Below are positions 50,118 through 61,452 of a stretch of DNA of 64,000 bases, one piece after another. Position 1 is the stretch's first letter; every line of letters begins with the position of its first letter. The DNA lies in assembly GCA_965202585.1 (NCBI GenBank), contig OZ241834.1, forward strand, positions 35,340,001 through 35,404,000, in the 5' to 3' direction. Under the pieces are notes generated by a model. The model was given only the letters and a program-made list of their open reading frames with translations. It had not been told where the DNA came from and did no database searches. The position numbers were made by a program, and so were the translations under genes. The DNA is from Thalia democratica (lineage: Eukaryota).

Positions 50118-50595
50118 GTTGGTAGTTTTAATTTAATTTTAAGTCTTGTGACAGATGTTTTTATGAATTATCCTTTTTTTTTGAACTGTATGCTTAACAT
50201 TATCAGTTTATATTTCAAAGTTTTAGAACTTCTAAATTTGTTAATTTTTTTTGTTAATTTTGAATTACAAAAAAATTTGTACAGTTGATACTGTTTGCAT
50301 CAGAAAGTTGCGCAAAGTTATAAAAATAGTTATGTATCACACACTTAACTAAACGGGGTTGGAATTTAAAGGGTAACTATATTTTTATACAAATTATCTA
50401 ATTTTTATTAAGTAGGCTTAATAATTACACTTTATTTATTTCGAAAACTTAAATTACTTATAGTTTTACCACTAAACTAAACAGAGTTGGAATATCCGAG
50501 TACTATATTAAATGCATACATGCTAGTTGATGATTTATTTGTCTCAAAAACTTTATTTAATTACAATTTTTTCAAATAAATTCAACCCCAAACAG

Positions 50596-50713
50596 GGTTG
50601 GAATGCCGGAATACGAGTCTGACTACGTGCACATCGATGAGTTGAAGAAGTACCATCCACAAAAGGTGATCGAGTTCTTCCAAGACAGAATTGACAGGAG
50701 CACTTTGAGAACG
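50596..50713 (+). CDS. HP1-like gene exon 3, chromoshadow core (VGMPEYESDYVHIDELKKYHPQKVIEFFQDRIDRSTLRT)
   Basis: aaacag acceptor, in frame; PQ.VI.F...R motif of chromoshadow domains; donor ACG|GTGGGT. Confidence 0.82.
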
Positions 50714-51673
50714 GTGGGTGTTAGATTTACATTATAAAAAATTTAACAGTTTTCTCGATATATTGTTTGGTGAACAGCATAACTTTTACATTTCAAAAGT
50801 TAACTTTAGTTCTTTAAGTTAAATTAAGTCAATTGAAAGGTATTTATAAGAGTTTCAAGAAATTATTTTGTAATCAATTTTTTAAGTTATGATAGGTTAA
50901 CAGCATAAGTTTTCCATTTTGATATTTAACTTAAATTCCTTAAGTTAAATTGAGTCTATGGAAAGATATTTAAATAATGTAAAATTAAACTTTGTATAAA
51001 GTGTTTAATCTAATTTTACGATACTGAAAACAAATATGTCATTTTATTTTAATTCTTTAAATTGAATTAAGTTAATGGAAAGGTATTCAAGATATGAAAT
51101 AACTTCAACAACATACTTTATAATAAGTGTTATATATATTTTGTTGTAGTTCTAAAAATAATTATACATTAATGTCGTCAAAGGTGAATAATGAATGTTA
51201 TGCCATGCTGAACTGCATTTTTATAGTAACATTATATTAGACATTATTACACCTTAAAGACAACGATTAACTTGAGAAATTGGGACTATTGCTAATCATT
51301 GTTAAAAAAACAACTTATTTAATTTAAAATTTATTCGTGATAAAAAGAAGATTTGGTTGATTTGATAATAATGTCATTAAACTTCAGTTCTTTAAGTTTT
51401 ACAAAGTCAATGGAAAGGTATTTAGGGTATACAAAAGTATAATATACTGAATATATATACTATTATATACATTAATAATATAATATTAATTTTGAATATA
51501 CAATAATAATGTTAAAGGTGAAGAATGAAGATTTGGCCGTGTTGTTTATTTGTAGTTTTTTAGTAGCATAATAGTAAACATTACTAAGCAAAACCATCCA
51601 AAGATTGCGAACCATTCAACTAATTTGGACTATTACTACTTTTAATTAAACGCTATAATCTACTACCTTATAG

Positions 51674-51796
51674 GTGGATGTTAATGATTTGGTGGTTCTC
51701 GATGAAAACATGGAAGTTATTGAGGAGGCTATGAAAAATGTGAGGATTGCGGAGGAAAATGAAGATGAGGAGTTTGCGATGATGGAAAATTTTTGA
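51674..51796 (+). CDS. HP1-like gene putative exon 4, acidic tail (VDVNDLVVLDENMEVIEEAM...FAMMENF*)
   Basis: ccttatag acceptor, phase 0, GC-richer open frame ending at TGA 51794-51796; no family motif to confirm it. Confidence 0.6.
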   Translation: MDVNDLVVLDENMEVIEEAMKNVRIAEENEDEEFAMMENF

Positions 51797-53756
51797 ATAC
51801 AACTTTATAGTTGGTAAAACGTTTGCACCTTTTGTAAACTTTTATCACAACTTTTAGAACATTTTTTTTCAATAGATGAAACTATTAGTATAAGTTGTAA
51901 AAGTTTTATAGATAAAAAAGTGTTTTAAAGCGAAACTAATGTTTATATAATATGCACCTTTTTACAGTTTCACCTTTTAGTATCTTATTTTTAATAGATG
52001 AAATTATTAGCACAAGTTATAAAAACTTTATATATGACTTATAGATTTATAAGTTTAAGTCCGACACATAATAGATTTATTTGCTTTTTATATTTTCTTA
52101 TAGATAGTTTGATTTTTGGATATGGATTATAAAAAATGATATTTCAATAGATCTATATTATATTTTTAGGATACGATTATAAAATTTTAGATTTATAGCT
52201 TAATTTTACTAAATATTTGGTTTTTCTTCTGTTGGATTTGTTTTTTGTGAAAATTTCTTGCAATTAGATAATTTTTTTTATAGGAATAATATTATTTGGT
52301 GAAAATTTAGAGTGCAAGTTTTCTTTCCCGTTAGATTTTTTTAAATGCTGCTATTTTCTTTAATTGAACAATATATAAAATATTGATTGAAATTAAAATC
52401 TGGTAGGACTTCTAAAGGTTAAACTTATGCAAACTATTAAAAAGTTAAAAAGTTCATATCTTTGATTACTCGTTTGTGTTACACAAGGTTTAGAAAAACT
52501 GGTTTTGAATAAATACTTGAGAATTTGATTTTGAGCGCTGCGTGAATTGTTGTAAAATTACAAGTAAAGTACAAGTAAAGTGTTTACACGTTAGAAGATA
52601 TTTTAAAGTAACCTATCTGGAAGATTTTTATGAATATTGTTAATCTAAAGTCGAAAGCAAGAAAAAATGTTAAAATATGGTATCTTAACATTTTTTATTC
52701 AACATAAGTTCTAACTAAAACAACTTAACAGACCTTTTTTATGGTAAATCCATAATAACTGAAGTTTTGTTACTGAATGTTATATAAGTGGTGCATAATA
52801 AGATAAATTATTTTAGAACAATAATGGTGTTTGGAATCAATATTATCAATGAAGTAAATTTATTAAGCAATTATTTTTCGCTTCAAAACAAACTTTTAAT
52901 ATTGTACACAAGAACTGGAAAGCTTACTAATAAAAAATTGATATAAAAGTATGTTTTTCAAAGTATAAAGCGTTGCAAAAAAAAAACTTGAACAACTCAA
53001 GTTATATAGTTAGAAAATCAATTTTAGAATTCTAAAGAAGTTATGTAAGGATTGACAAAATTTTTAACAAAATTGACCAGTTTTACCAGAAAAAGCCTTT
53101 CGCGAGCAGTAATTTTTATTAAAAATGCTAAAAAACGCCTTCGCTGGCTGCGTAATGTTGTAAAAGTATACAATAGAGCAAGATAAAACTCCTGAAAAAA
53201 TAAAGGTACGAAATAAGTTATAAAATGAGCACAAATGTGTTTAGAAAATCAAACTAAGACCACATTTTAAAACATCAGTTACAAACCGTCATTTGTTTGT
53301 TGTTAAAATTTTGTTTTTAACTTTACCACGGCGATGAACCTTTACTAAAGACTATCAAAGCAAACGTACTTTTTAAAAATTGATTTTTGGTCACATCGTT
53401 GCCATGTGCGCTTTGTCAAATCAAACAACGCGCCACTGCAACTGTTTCCTTCCAAGTTAACACTTTCCTTTTCAACAGACTTTTTTTGTTTTATTTGAAT
53501 TCGTGGCAACCACAAAAAAAAACCGTTGAAAAAAATAAGCTAACATTTCGAAAAATTAATTTACAGTAACCATGTTGCTACATCCGTTATATTTCTTACA
53601 AATGAAGCGTCATAAAAACACGTTACTTTTCCCCACAACGGTTTCCTTCCGGCAGTAATTTTAAACTTCCCTTTTCTACAGAGCTCGCTTGCTTTATTTT
53701 GTATGATTTAAAAGAGACCACAAAAAAAAAACCGTTGTAATGAAAAGAAAACAATG

Positions 53757-54087
53757 TCATTGTCGTTTTAGTTGAACTGACATGTGCAAATGTAGTTTTA
53801 GTTGAATTGACATGTGCAAATGTCATTTTAGTTGAATTGACATGTGCAAATGTCATTTTAGTTGAATTGACATGTGCAAATGTTGTTTTAGTTGAATTGA
53901 CATGTGCAAATGTCATTTTAGTTGAATTGACATGTGCAAATGTCATAGTCGTTTTAGTTGAATTGACATGTGCAAATGTCATTGTCGTTTTAGTTAAATT
54001 GACATGTGCAAATGTCATTGTCGTTTTAGTTGAATTGACATGTGCAAATGTCATTGTCGTTTTAGTTGAATTGACATGTGCAAAAGT
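53757..54087. repeat. Minisatellite, 30/36-bp units, 10 copies
   Basis: gtcatt(gtcgtt)ttagttgaattgacatgtgcaaat repeated. Confidence 0.95.
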
Positions 54088-56547
54088 CATGTACGAAACC
54101 AGCTGCTAAGCTGTTGCTTATGCCTATTTGGGCATAACAATAAATTCAATTATATTTACGTTAGACCTAACAAAGTTTATTACAGTTTATTAAGCTTGAA
54201 ATTCAAGCTGTAGTTTAAGGCTTCCTTTTGTATAGAGCTTGTATGTTTTATGTTGGTTCATATACACTATTGGTTTCAATTTTTTTTTTTACATGTAGTA
54301 CTCTTTATATATTATATGACATGTTTTTATGTTTAGCAATTATACAGTAAAAAAATAAATTCGAATAGTCTATATATTAAGTAAATAAATGTGAAGGTTT
54401 AAACTTATACATTTTAGAATATACTAGAGTAAAATTAAAATTGATTTAAAATACAAAAGTTACCGAAATATTTAAAAGTAACAGCACTTGGTTTTAATAA
54501 ACATATGTAAGAATGAATTTCAATGTTAAGCATCAACTCACCAAAATTCCACTTTTCTTATAAACAACTTGCTTGAATCAACAATCAGACGAAGACTTAT
54601 TTATTTATTTTGCTGCCATGGTATATTTAATTTTATTTGAAAGGTATTATATTCTAAAATGTTCAAGCTTAAAAAAATCTTCCATTTTATTCAAAAAAAT
54701 GTGTTAAGTTTTCTGTTTGTAAAAAGTTTGTAAAACTGTATTAGAGAGTGATATTGAATTTACAAATAGGTATACAAACAGAATAAATGGCTGGGGTTAA
54801 AATTGTTGCTGTGCATTTTCTTTTTATAAAAAGCATAACTTTAAAGCAGTGGTCAAAAATTACGGCCACTGAGCACAAATTTTTGCTTAGTGATGTAAAT
54901 TTTACTGACATAAATTCTATGCACGCCACAGCATTTAAAAAGAGTACTAATAAATTTTAAAACTAACAAATGCGTAGTTAAGATACATCAGAAGCAGTAC
55001 AACCAACATATAACGAAAACGAGAACATTTAAGGACCTCTTAATACAACTAAGCTTAACCTTTCTTTTAGTTTATTTTGTACATTTATCTAAAAACGTCT
55101 CAAAGAAAAATCTATTATTTGCCAATTCGATCAAAAGATATTTAATTTTATTAAAATAATTAGTTACTAGTTTAAAAGCATATGTATACATTACTAAAAG
55201 AAAAAAAAAGTAGTAAACTATGATTAGTGGGTCAAGTCTAGCCCATCGAGCAGAAGTATCTTACGAGCAAAATTAGTTTTACTAAAAACCAAATTTGGTA
55301 AAACAAAAAGCTACTTTAATATTGAAATTTAGAAAAACGCTCTTAATTTGACTATAAGTATACAAAAGTGTGTACTAAGTTCTACATTTAAAAAAAACTG
55401 TTGATTTAAAAGGTGTAAAAACTTTTTTTGAAATTGCAAAAAACTTTTAAAAGTTGCCCGCAGAAGGTTTTTAGAATCTGGTCTATTAAGGCCGCTGATT
55501 TATTGATTCATAGTTGAAGTGTTTTCTAAGGCAATAGTTAACACATAGCCTTATACAAAATTTTTATCAAAAATAAATATTTATGAGTTTAACTTGAGCA
55601 AAGAATTTCTAATATAATTTTAAAAAGTTTTATTTGGCGTAGTAGAAATAACTGAATACATGTAAAGTAAACGTTTGCGTCTGTGTTAGAGCTGTATTAA
55701 CAAAGAAACTGTTGTCAAAAGAAAGTTAAAATTTTAGCGAAGAATCCATGTGGAGAGCCTGTCTATTTTCAAATTTACTTAGAACTAAGAAGTATATGTA
55801 TAAATAAATGTTTATGTATTTTATATTTAACCAGTCTTTAGTTCCTGTTTAGTATCAAGCATTGTATGTTTGCAGCAAAAAAAAAAATTGTATCTATGTT
55901 TACAATAACTTTTCTCTCAAGTACGGGTTTCAAATACAACACGAAAATAAATATTGTTGACTAAAATGCTTCTCAAGCAAAAATATAGTTTTCAAATCTG
56001 TGTGTTTAGGGCATGGTTTTCTTAAGTAAGCGATTTTGACTGTCAGGGGTAACAATTAGTAAGGAGACGAAAAAAATGAGTAGTTAATAAACTAGATGGT
56101 AGGCAATATGTGGTAACAAGGGCATTTAGTTCTAAATATTTACCAAGGGAACTTCTGAAAATGACCTTAGTAAACTCTGAAACTATTAGTAATTTCATTT
56201 ACTATTAAAATATACAAAAAATATTACATAGTATTTAAATTCTATTTAACAACTTTTTTAACATGTTAAACTTGTTTATATTTTACTAAATAATTTGTTA
56301 GTAGTATTTAACATCATATTGTCTTGTTAATTTAAATGTTTATTGCAATCATATTCCCATTGTAAAAAATGAAACTGTTATAGTTTAAAAACTATAATGG
56401 AAACCTTAAAGTAGATTATAGTTTCAAAGTGTCAGTTAAAATTCTAAATTGAACTAAAAGTAAAGTGTATATATTATAACTAAATTCTCATTAAAACTAT
56501 TCTCTGAGTAGATTGTGCTAGGCTTTTAGGGAAGATTTAAGTTTATA

Positions 56548-56957
56548 CAGGGTTGCCACTCGTTTTTTCCAAATTTTTTTCCAGGTTTTCCAAATTTCTT
56601 CCAGGTTTTTAAAAGTATACATTTTTGGGTCTATTTTAGTTTAAAGTAAATTTATATATTAGAAATAGTGTTAAATAGTATAAAAACATTGAAAAGATAC
56701 TGTAAAGTTACTTTAAATGTACTTTTAAATAAAAAATTTTTTGATTATGTCAAAAAAATCTTATTTATATGATAGATTTTTGTGTCAAATCGAAATTTCA
56801 CTACTGCAAATGTTAAAATTATTAAAAATTCTAGGTTTTTCCAGGTTTTTTGATCAATATTCCAGGTTTTTTCAAGTTTTCTCAAATTCCAGGTTATTTT
56901 TACCTAAATTATCTAACTCCAGGTTTTTCAAGGTTTCCAGGTAAAGTGGCAACCCTG
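56548..56957. mobile_element. MITE, CAGGGTTGCCA-TIR family (copy 3)
   Basis: TIRs CAGGGTTGCCAC/GTGGCAACCCTG; perfect 6-bp TSD TTTATA. Confidence 0.88.
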
Positions 56958-57508
56958 TTTATAGCACTATTCGTTTTAAATGAAATGCTAAACATTGCAA
57001 TTTTAAAACATTTAAGGAGTCAAACTTACCAAATTCCATATCTTCTTACCTTTATTTTTTATTGAACATTGCTTAAAGAATTATTTTTGCGGTTTAGGTA
57101 GATGAAGTTAAAAAAGTAAAAAAATGGGTTATGGCTTTGCTAACGAATGTTTAAAATATCTAAAATTCTGTAAACAATCTTAATTTAAACAAAGATTTTC
57201 TTTTGTCAAGTTTTGCAATTGTGCTAGTAATTGATAGAAAGAATTAGAGTAAACTAATAAGTTTTTTTTATTTACACAAAATCATTTAAAAAATTTCAAA
57301 ATGTCAAAAAAATGCTTTTCTTTACTAAATTGTTTTAAAATTTTACACATTTAAAATAAAATTTAGGGTGTAAAACTTTTACTTTAAAAAACTTTCCGAT
57401 ATAAGTAATATTACTTGAAACAATTAACTATTTTCAAGAATGATTAGATAAAGTTTTTTATTTAAAAATTCTTATAAAATTTATTATAAGTAAAATATAC
57501 TTGTGTCT

Positions 57509-57867
57509 TAGGGCACATTTGTTACCCCTAAGATGAAAGTTTTAGAGTTTAGATTAACTTTCGTTAGTGGCAAATTAAATAAATAAAATAAAAAAGCTTC
57601 CTATCTTTACCACTGGCGCTCTTTTTACATTATTTGGAAAACAACCCTTATGTGAATTGTATGGGACCTTAAAAATTCGACCTACCAAGTTTTTAGCCGA
57701 AACTTTTTGTACAATCATCATAAAAACAAATTCTACGCGTTTTTAGACTTTTTCGTTTTTAGAAAAAGTCAATTAGTGTGGGTGTGGTAAACGCTAGAAA
57801 GCTGTATTTTTCATGTAAAAAGTTAAATTTCTCCTAACTCAAAGTTCGGGGCAACATATGCACCCTA
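57509..57867. mobile_element. Putative MITE (~360 bp) with imperfect 20-bp TIRs
   Basis: TAGGGCACATTTGTTACCCC versus the reverse complement of GGGGCAACATATGCACCCTA; possible TA TSD. Confidence 0.5.
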
Positions 57868-60189
57868 TTAAGTATATAAAGGAAATTATAGATTTTATAA
57901 TTTTCCCTTTTTGTTTGTTTTACAATAGTATTTGAATACTTGCAACATTTTTGCATTTTCACTTATTTTTGATAACTACGTTGGTGGGAGTGTATTAAGA
58001 ATCTTATAGGGAACACGGAGAAAAATGGTAAACAAAATAGAACATAACTGTTTTATTTATGTTGATATTTGCAAACATGATATAATAAAAAAAAAAAAAC
58101 TAATTAAGCTTGTCATACTTGAATTTCTCTATTTTTATTTAAAATATAATAGTTAAAAAGTAGTTTTATTACGAAGAAATAACTTTGTTTTGAATTCAAG
58201 CCGGTGATAAGGCAAAGTAAAATGTTAAAGAAGCATAAAAATAGTTGTTTTAGTGGAGAAAACCAAATTTTGGAAGTGAACAAACTACATCTTGAGATTG
58301 GAAATAAAGGCGCTGATAATTTGTTCATTTAACAACAGTACTACCAATTGTAGTAGAGGAAGACATCATATAAAACTGAACAAGGAGTACTGACCATAAT
58401 TTCATCCTTTTCGCCCTTGTGCTTGTTTTACAAAAGTATTTGAAAAGTTTTTAGTATTTTAAACTGTTTCTAGCAAATAAAAGCACAACACTATATTTTA
58501 TGAAAATTAATGAATTTGTGATTTTGAATGTACAACTCAAACTGTGAGCTGTTAAAAATACTTAATGCTTTTCAATGTTGTAGGAAGAAAGTTGTTGTTT
58601 AAAAAATTAAAATCCCAAAACTAACTGGAGATATCTCTAAAAAAAATCTGTTTAAATAATAAATAAGCTGCAAGATTGGATACTAACATTTTAGAACAAT
58701 TTTCTTTTTCCAAAACTGTATACAAAATCATATTGGCCATCTCTTGTAGCCTATTTAATATAAAAACAATATTATTAGTTGTATTACAGAATCCAATTTT
58801 TAGTAACTATACGACCTTACAAAAAAAAAACATAAAAGAAAACAGTGGTATTAGTTATCTATTGTTTAGTTATGTCTTATAATTATACAAATGAGTAGTG
58901 AATTTGCATTGTGATGTATCTTAGCTTTAATAATTTTTCTCACCAATTTCAAGCTTTCAAGAAGCTAGGTTACAGGTGCAACTCAATTTTTAAAACATTT
59001 GCAAAAATTTTAATTTAATACTGCACTTTTAATATGTTCAGATTATAAATCATTTAAAAGTTAGCCTTTTTACCTGTTTCAGTATAATAGAAAACTATGT
59101 AAACTTTAGTTATGTTAGTAGTCATACAAAATATTTTTTACATCCTTTGTGTCTTGTTAATACCTATTTTGCTAACATCTAAAACTAAATAATCTTAACT
59201 TAAAACTATTTTTATTATTTTAAATTAAAACTTTACTTGCTTGTTGTGTACATGTGGATCTAAAGTCAACATTGTGGCGTATTAGCATAATGAAACAAAT
59301 GTTAAAAAAAACGTAGAGATAAATTTTTTTGTCAGCAAATGAAAAACAGCGAGACATGTTATTGTTGAATTAATTTTGTCTAATTTAGTTTTGTTGAAAT
59401 TTTATCAATAATTTAAATACTTTTATGCTAATTATATTTTTTTTTCGAAATTAAAACAGTGCTAACTGTCATTTGAGTGTATAAAGTTTTAAATTCAAGA
59501 CCTTTGATGAAAAATAATGGTTTGAATGGTTTTAATTAGAGTTTTTGGTATTAATGAGATGTTTTTTGCTCTAATTTTCTTTTTTTATAAAAAAAATTGG
59601 TAAAAAACATACATAATTAGATATTAAACACCTTAAAAAACCACTCTAATTAAAAAGCTATTAACTATGCTACAAAAAGCTTTGTAAAAGTTACCGTTTA
59701 AATATTATTTTTTATCTATAAACTGAAAACATCATAAAACATTTATATGTTAATTTCTTTTTTACTTTAACAAAAATCTTGCTAAACTTTGGAGTTAAAC
59801 CTCATATTTTAAGCAACAAAAATAACAACAGCTTTAAAGTATTTGCTCGGGCTAGTTTTTCAAAATCACCCATAAACTAACTATATTTTAATTTATTTGC
59901 ACGGCAGTATTGAATGCAGTTTGCTTTACTGAAAGAGTTTGTGTGGTATGTCTAATTTTAAATACATATTTTATATATATATATATATACTTTTGTAGTT
60001 GTGAGGTGCACCAGAATTTATGGTAAAGTGAAAATTTGTTTTCGAGTCTGAGTCGTTGTAGACAAAGTTTTTAAGTCGTGGCTCTAAAAATTACAACACT
60101 TGTTGCACTTAATTCGTTTAAACTTGATGCATGACGTCCAGAGTGTGAAATCTCATTTAAAGCAGTTTGTATTTTAAAACTTCAAACTG

Positions 60190-61452
60190 TATTTTCTTTT
60201 ATAGTAGGAACTAAAGTAGGATTTTTTTTGGCTTGTCATACTAACATATATTACATCGTAGTTTTAGAAAAAAATATATATTGTTGTACTAAGCAATCCT
60301 TTTATGTGAATTTTAAGCTGTTAAGTATAAAAAGCTTTAAAAAGTTATTTCTTATAATTTATTCTTAAGTACAAATTAAAGTTACACATCACGAAAATAA
60401 ATTAACAAAAGTATAACTAATTCTTAACATGTTTTTTTATTATAGACGTTGCGAAAGTGGCACTATAAACCCAAATAAATTAACCAAGTTTTTATTAAAA
60501 AAATTTTTATTCTTCCAAATGTTAAAGTTCGGGTTTTTGTTTCAATATACTGAGAGAACAAAGATAGAACTACTGACTTTTAATTAACGACCAAGAAAAG
60601 CGCTCATAATAAATGGTTCAATGAACAGGTGAACGAAGAAAACTTTTGGCAAGTTGTACACAACGGATATGTTTTAAAGTTTTGTGGACAAGCTTTGAAT
60701 TGTTGCTATAACTCGAGTATAACATAAGTTTAGTTTAAATGCTGTACAGCTTCTTAAACTTATAACATTATAGTGGAATTTAAAAAAAACAATTTTTCTT
60801 AGAACAGCTTGATCGCTTTTAAAACAGTTGGATTTGTCAGAAGTAATTTATAAGTATTTGAACAATATTTTGATTATGTTATGTTTTATTGAACGACAAA
60901 AAAGTGCTCAAAAAGTTTGGTTCTAGGACCTGTTGAGCAAAGAATCTTTGGGTTATCGAGTTGCACACCACGGATACCTTTTAACGTCTTGTCCAGAACA
61001 GTAATTAGTAAATAAGATTAGTCTTAGACTAACCTTTTGCAACGATAAACGTTATCTAGGGCAGACTTGTTAAAATGCTAAGAGTTATTATGGTAATTTA
61101 GCAATGATGCTTATAAACTTTGGCTTATTTTAAGTTAGTAATTTCACGCTTGAGTAAACAAAGCAGTGCTTTTTAACATGTTCGATCTAGGGAAAAAGTG
61201 GGTGTGATAAAACACTAGAATAAAAGGAAAATGGACCGTTTTGGAAAATTTCTAGTTCTAAGAATTTTTCTAATGCCGCATAATCGTTTGTTTATATTAA
61301 ATAAAAATTTTATGCTCGAGTACTTTTTGGCTATAAAGTCATTTTCTTTGTGAGAACTATGTCAGCCTCGGCACGCTTGCTTTAATTTTTTTTTGAAAAG
61401 AAGCAATTTTTTATTTTTGTATTTTTGTTTTGCTTAAAGAATTTTATAAATA
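60190..61452 (-). repeat. ~1.2-kb interspersed repeat, copy B
   Basis: Reverse-complement match to 45037-46150. Confidence 0.85.

Noticed and set aside
58113-58882. Short AT-rich ORFs at the right end, and similar 60-80 aa ORFs in 39583-47605
   Set aside because: Composition (F/L/I/K/N-rich) is typical of random AT-rich non-coding DNA; no motifs or splice-consistent partners were found.
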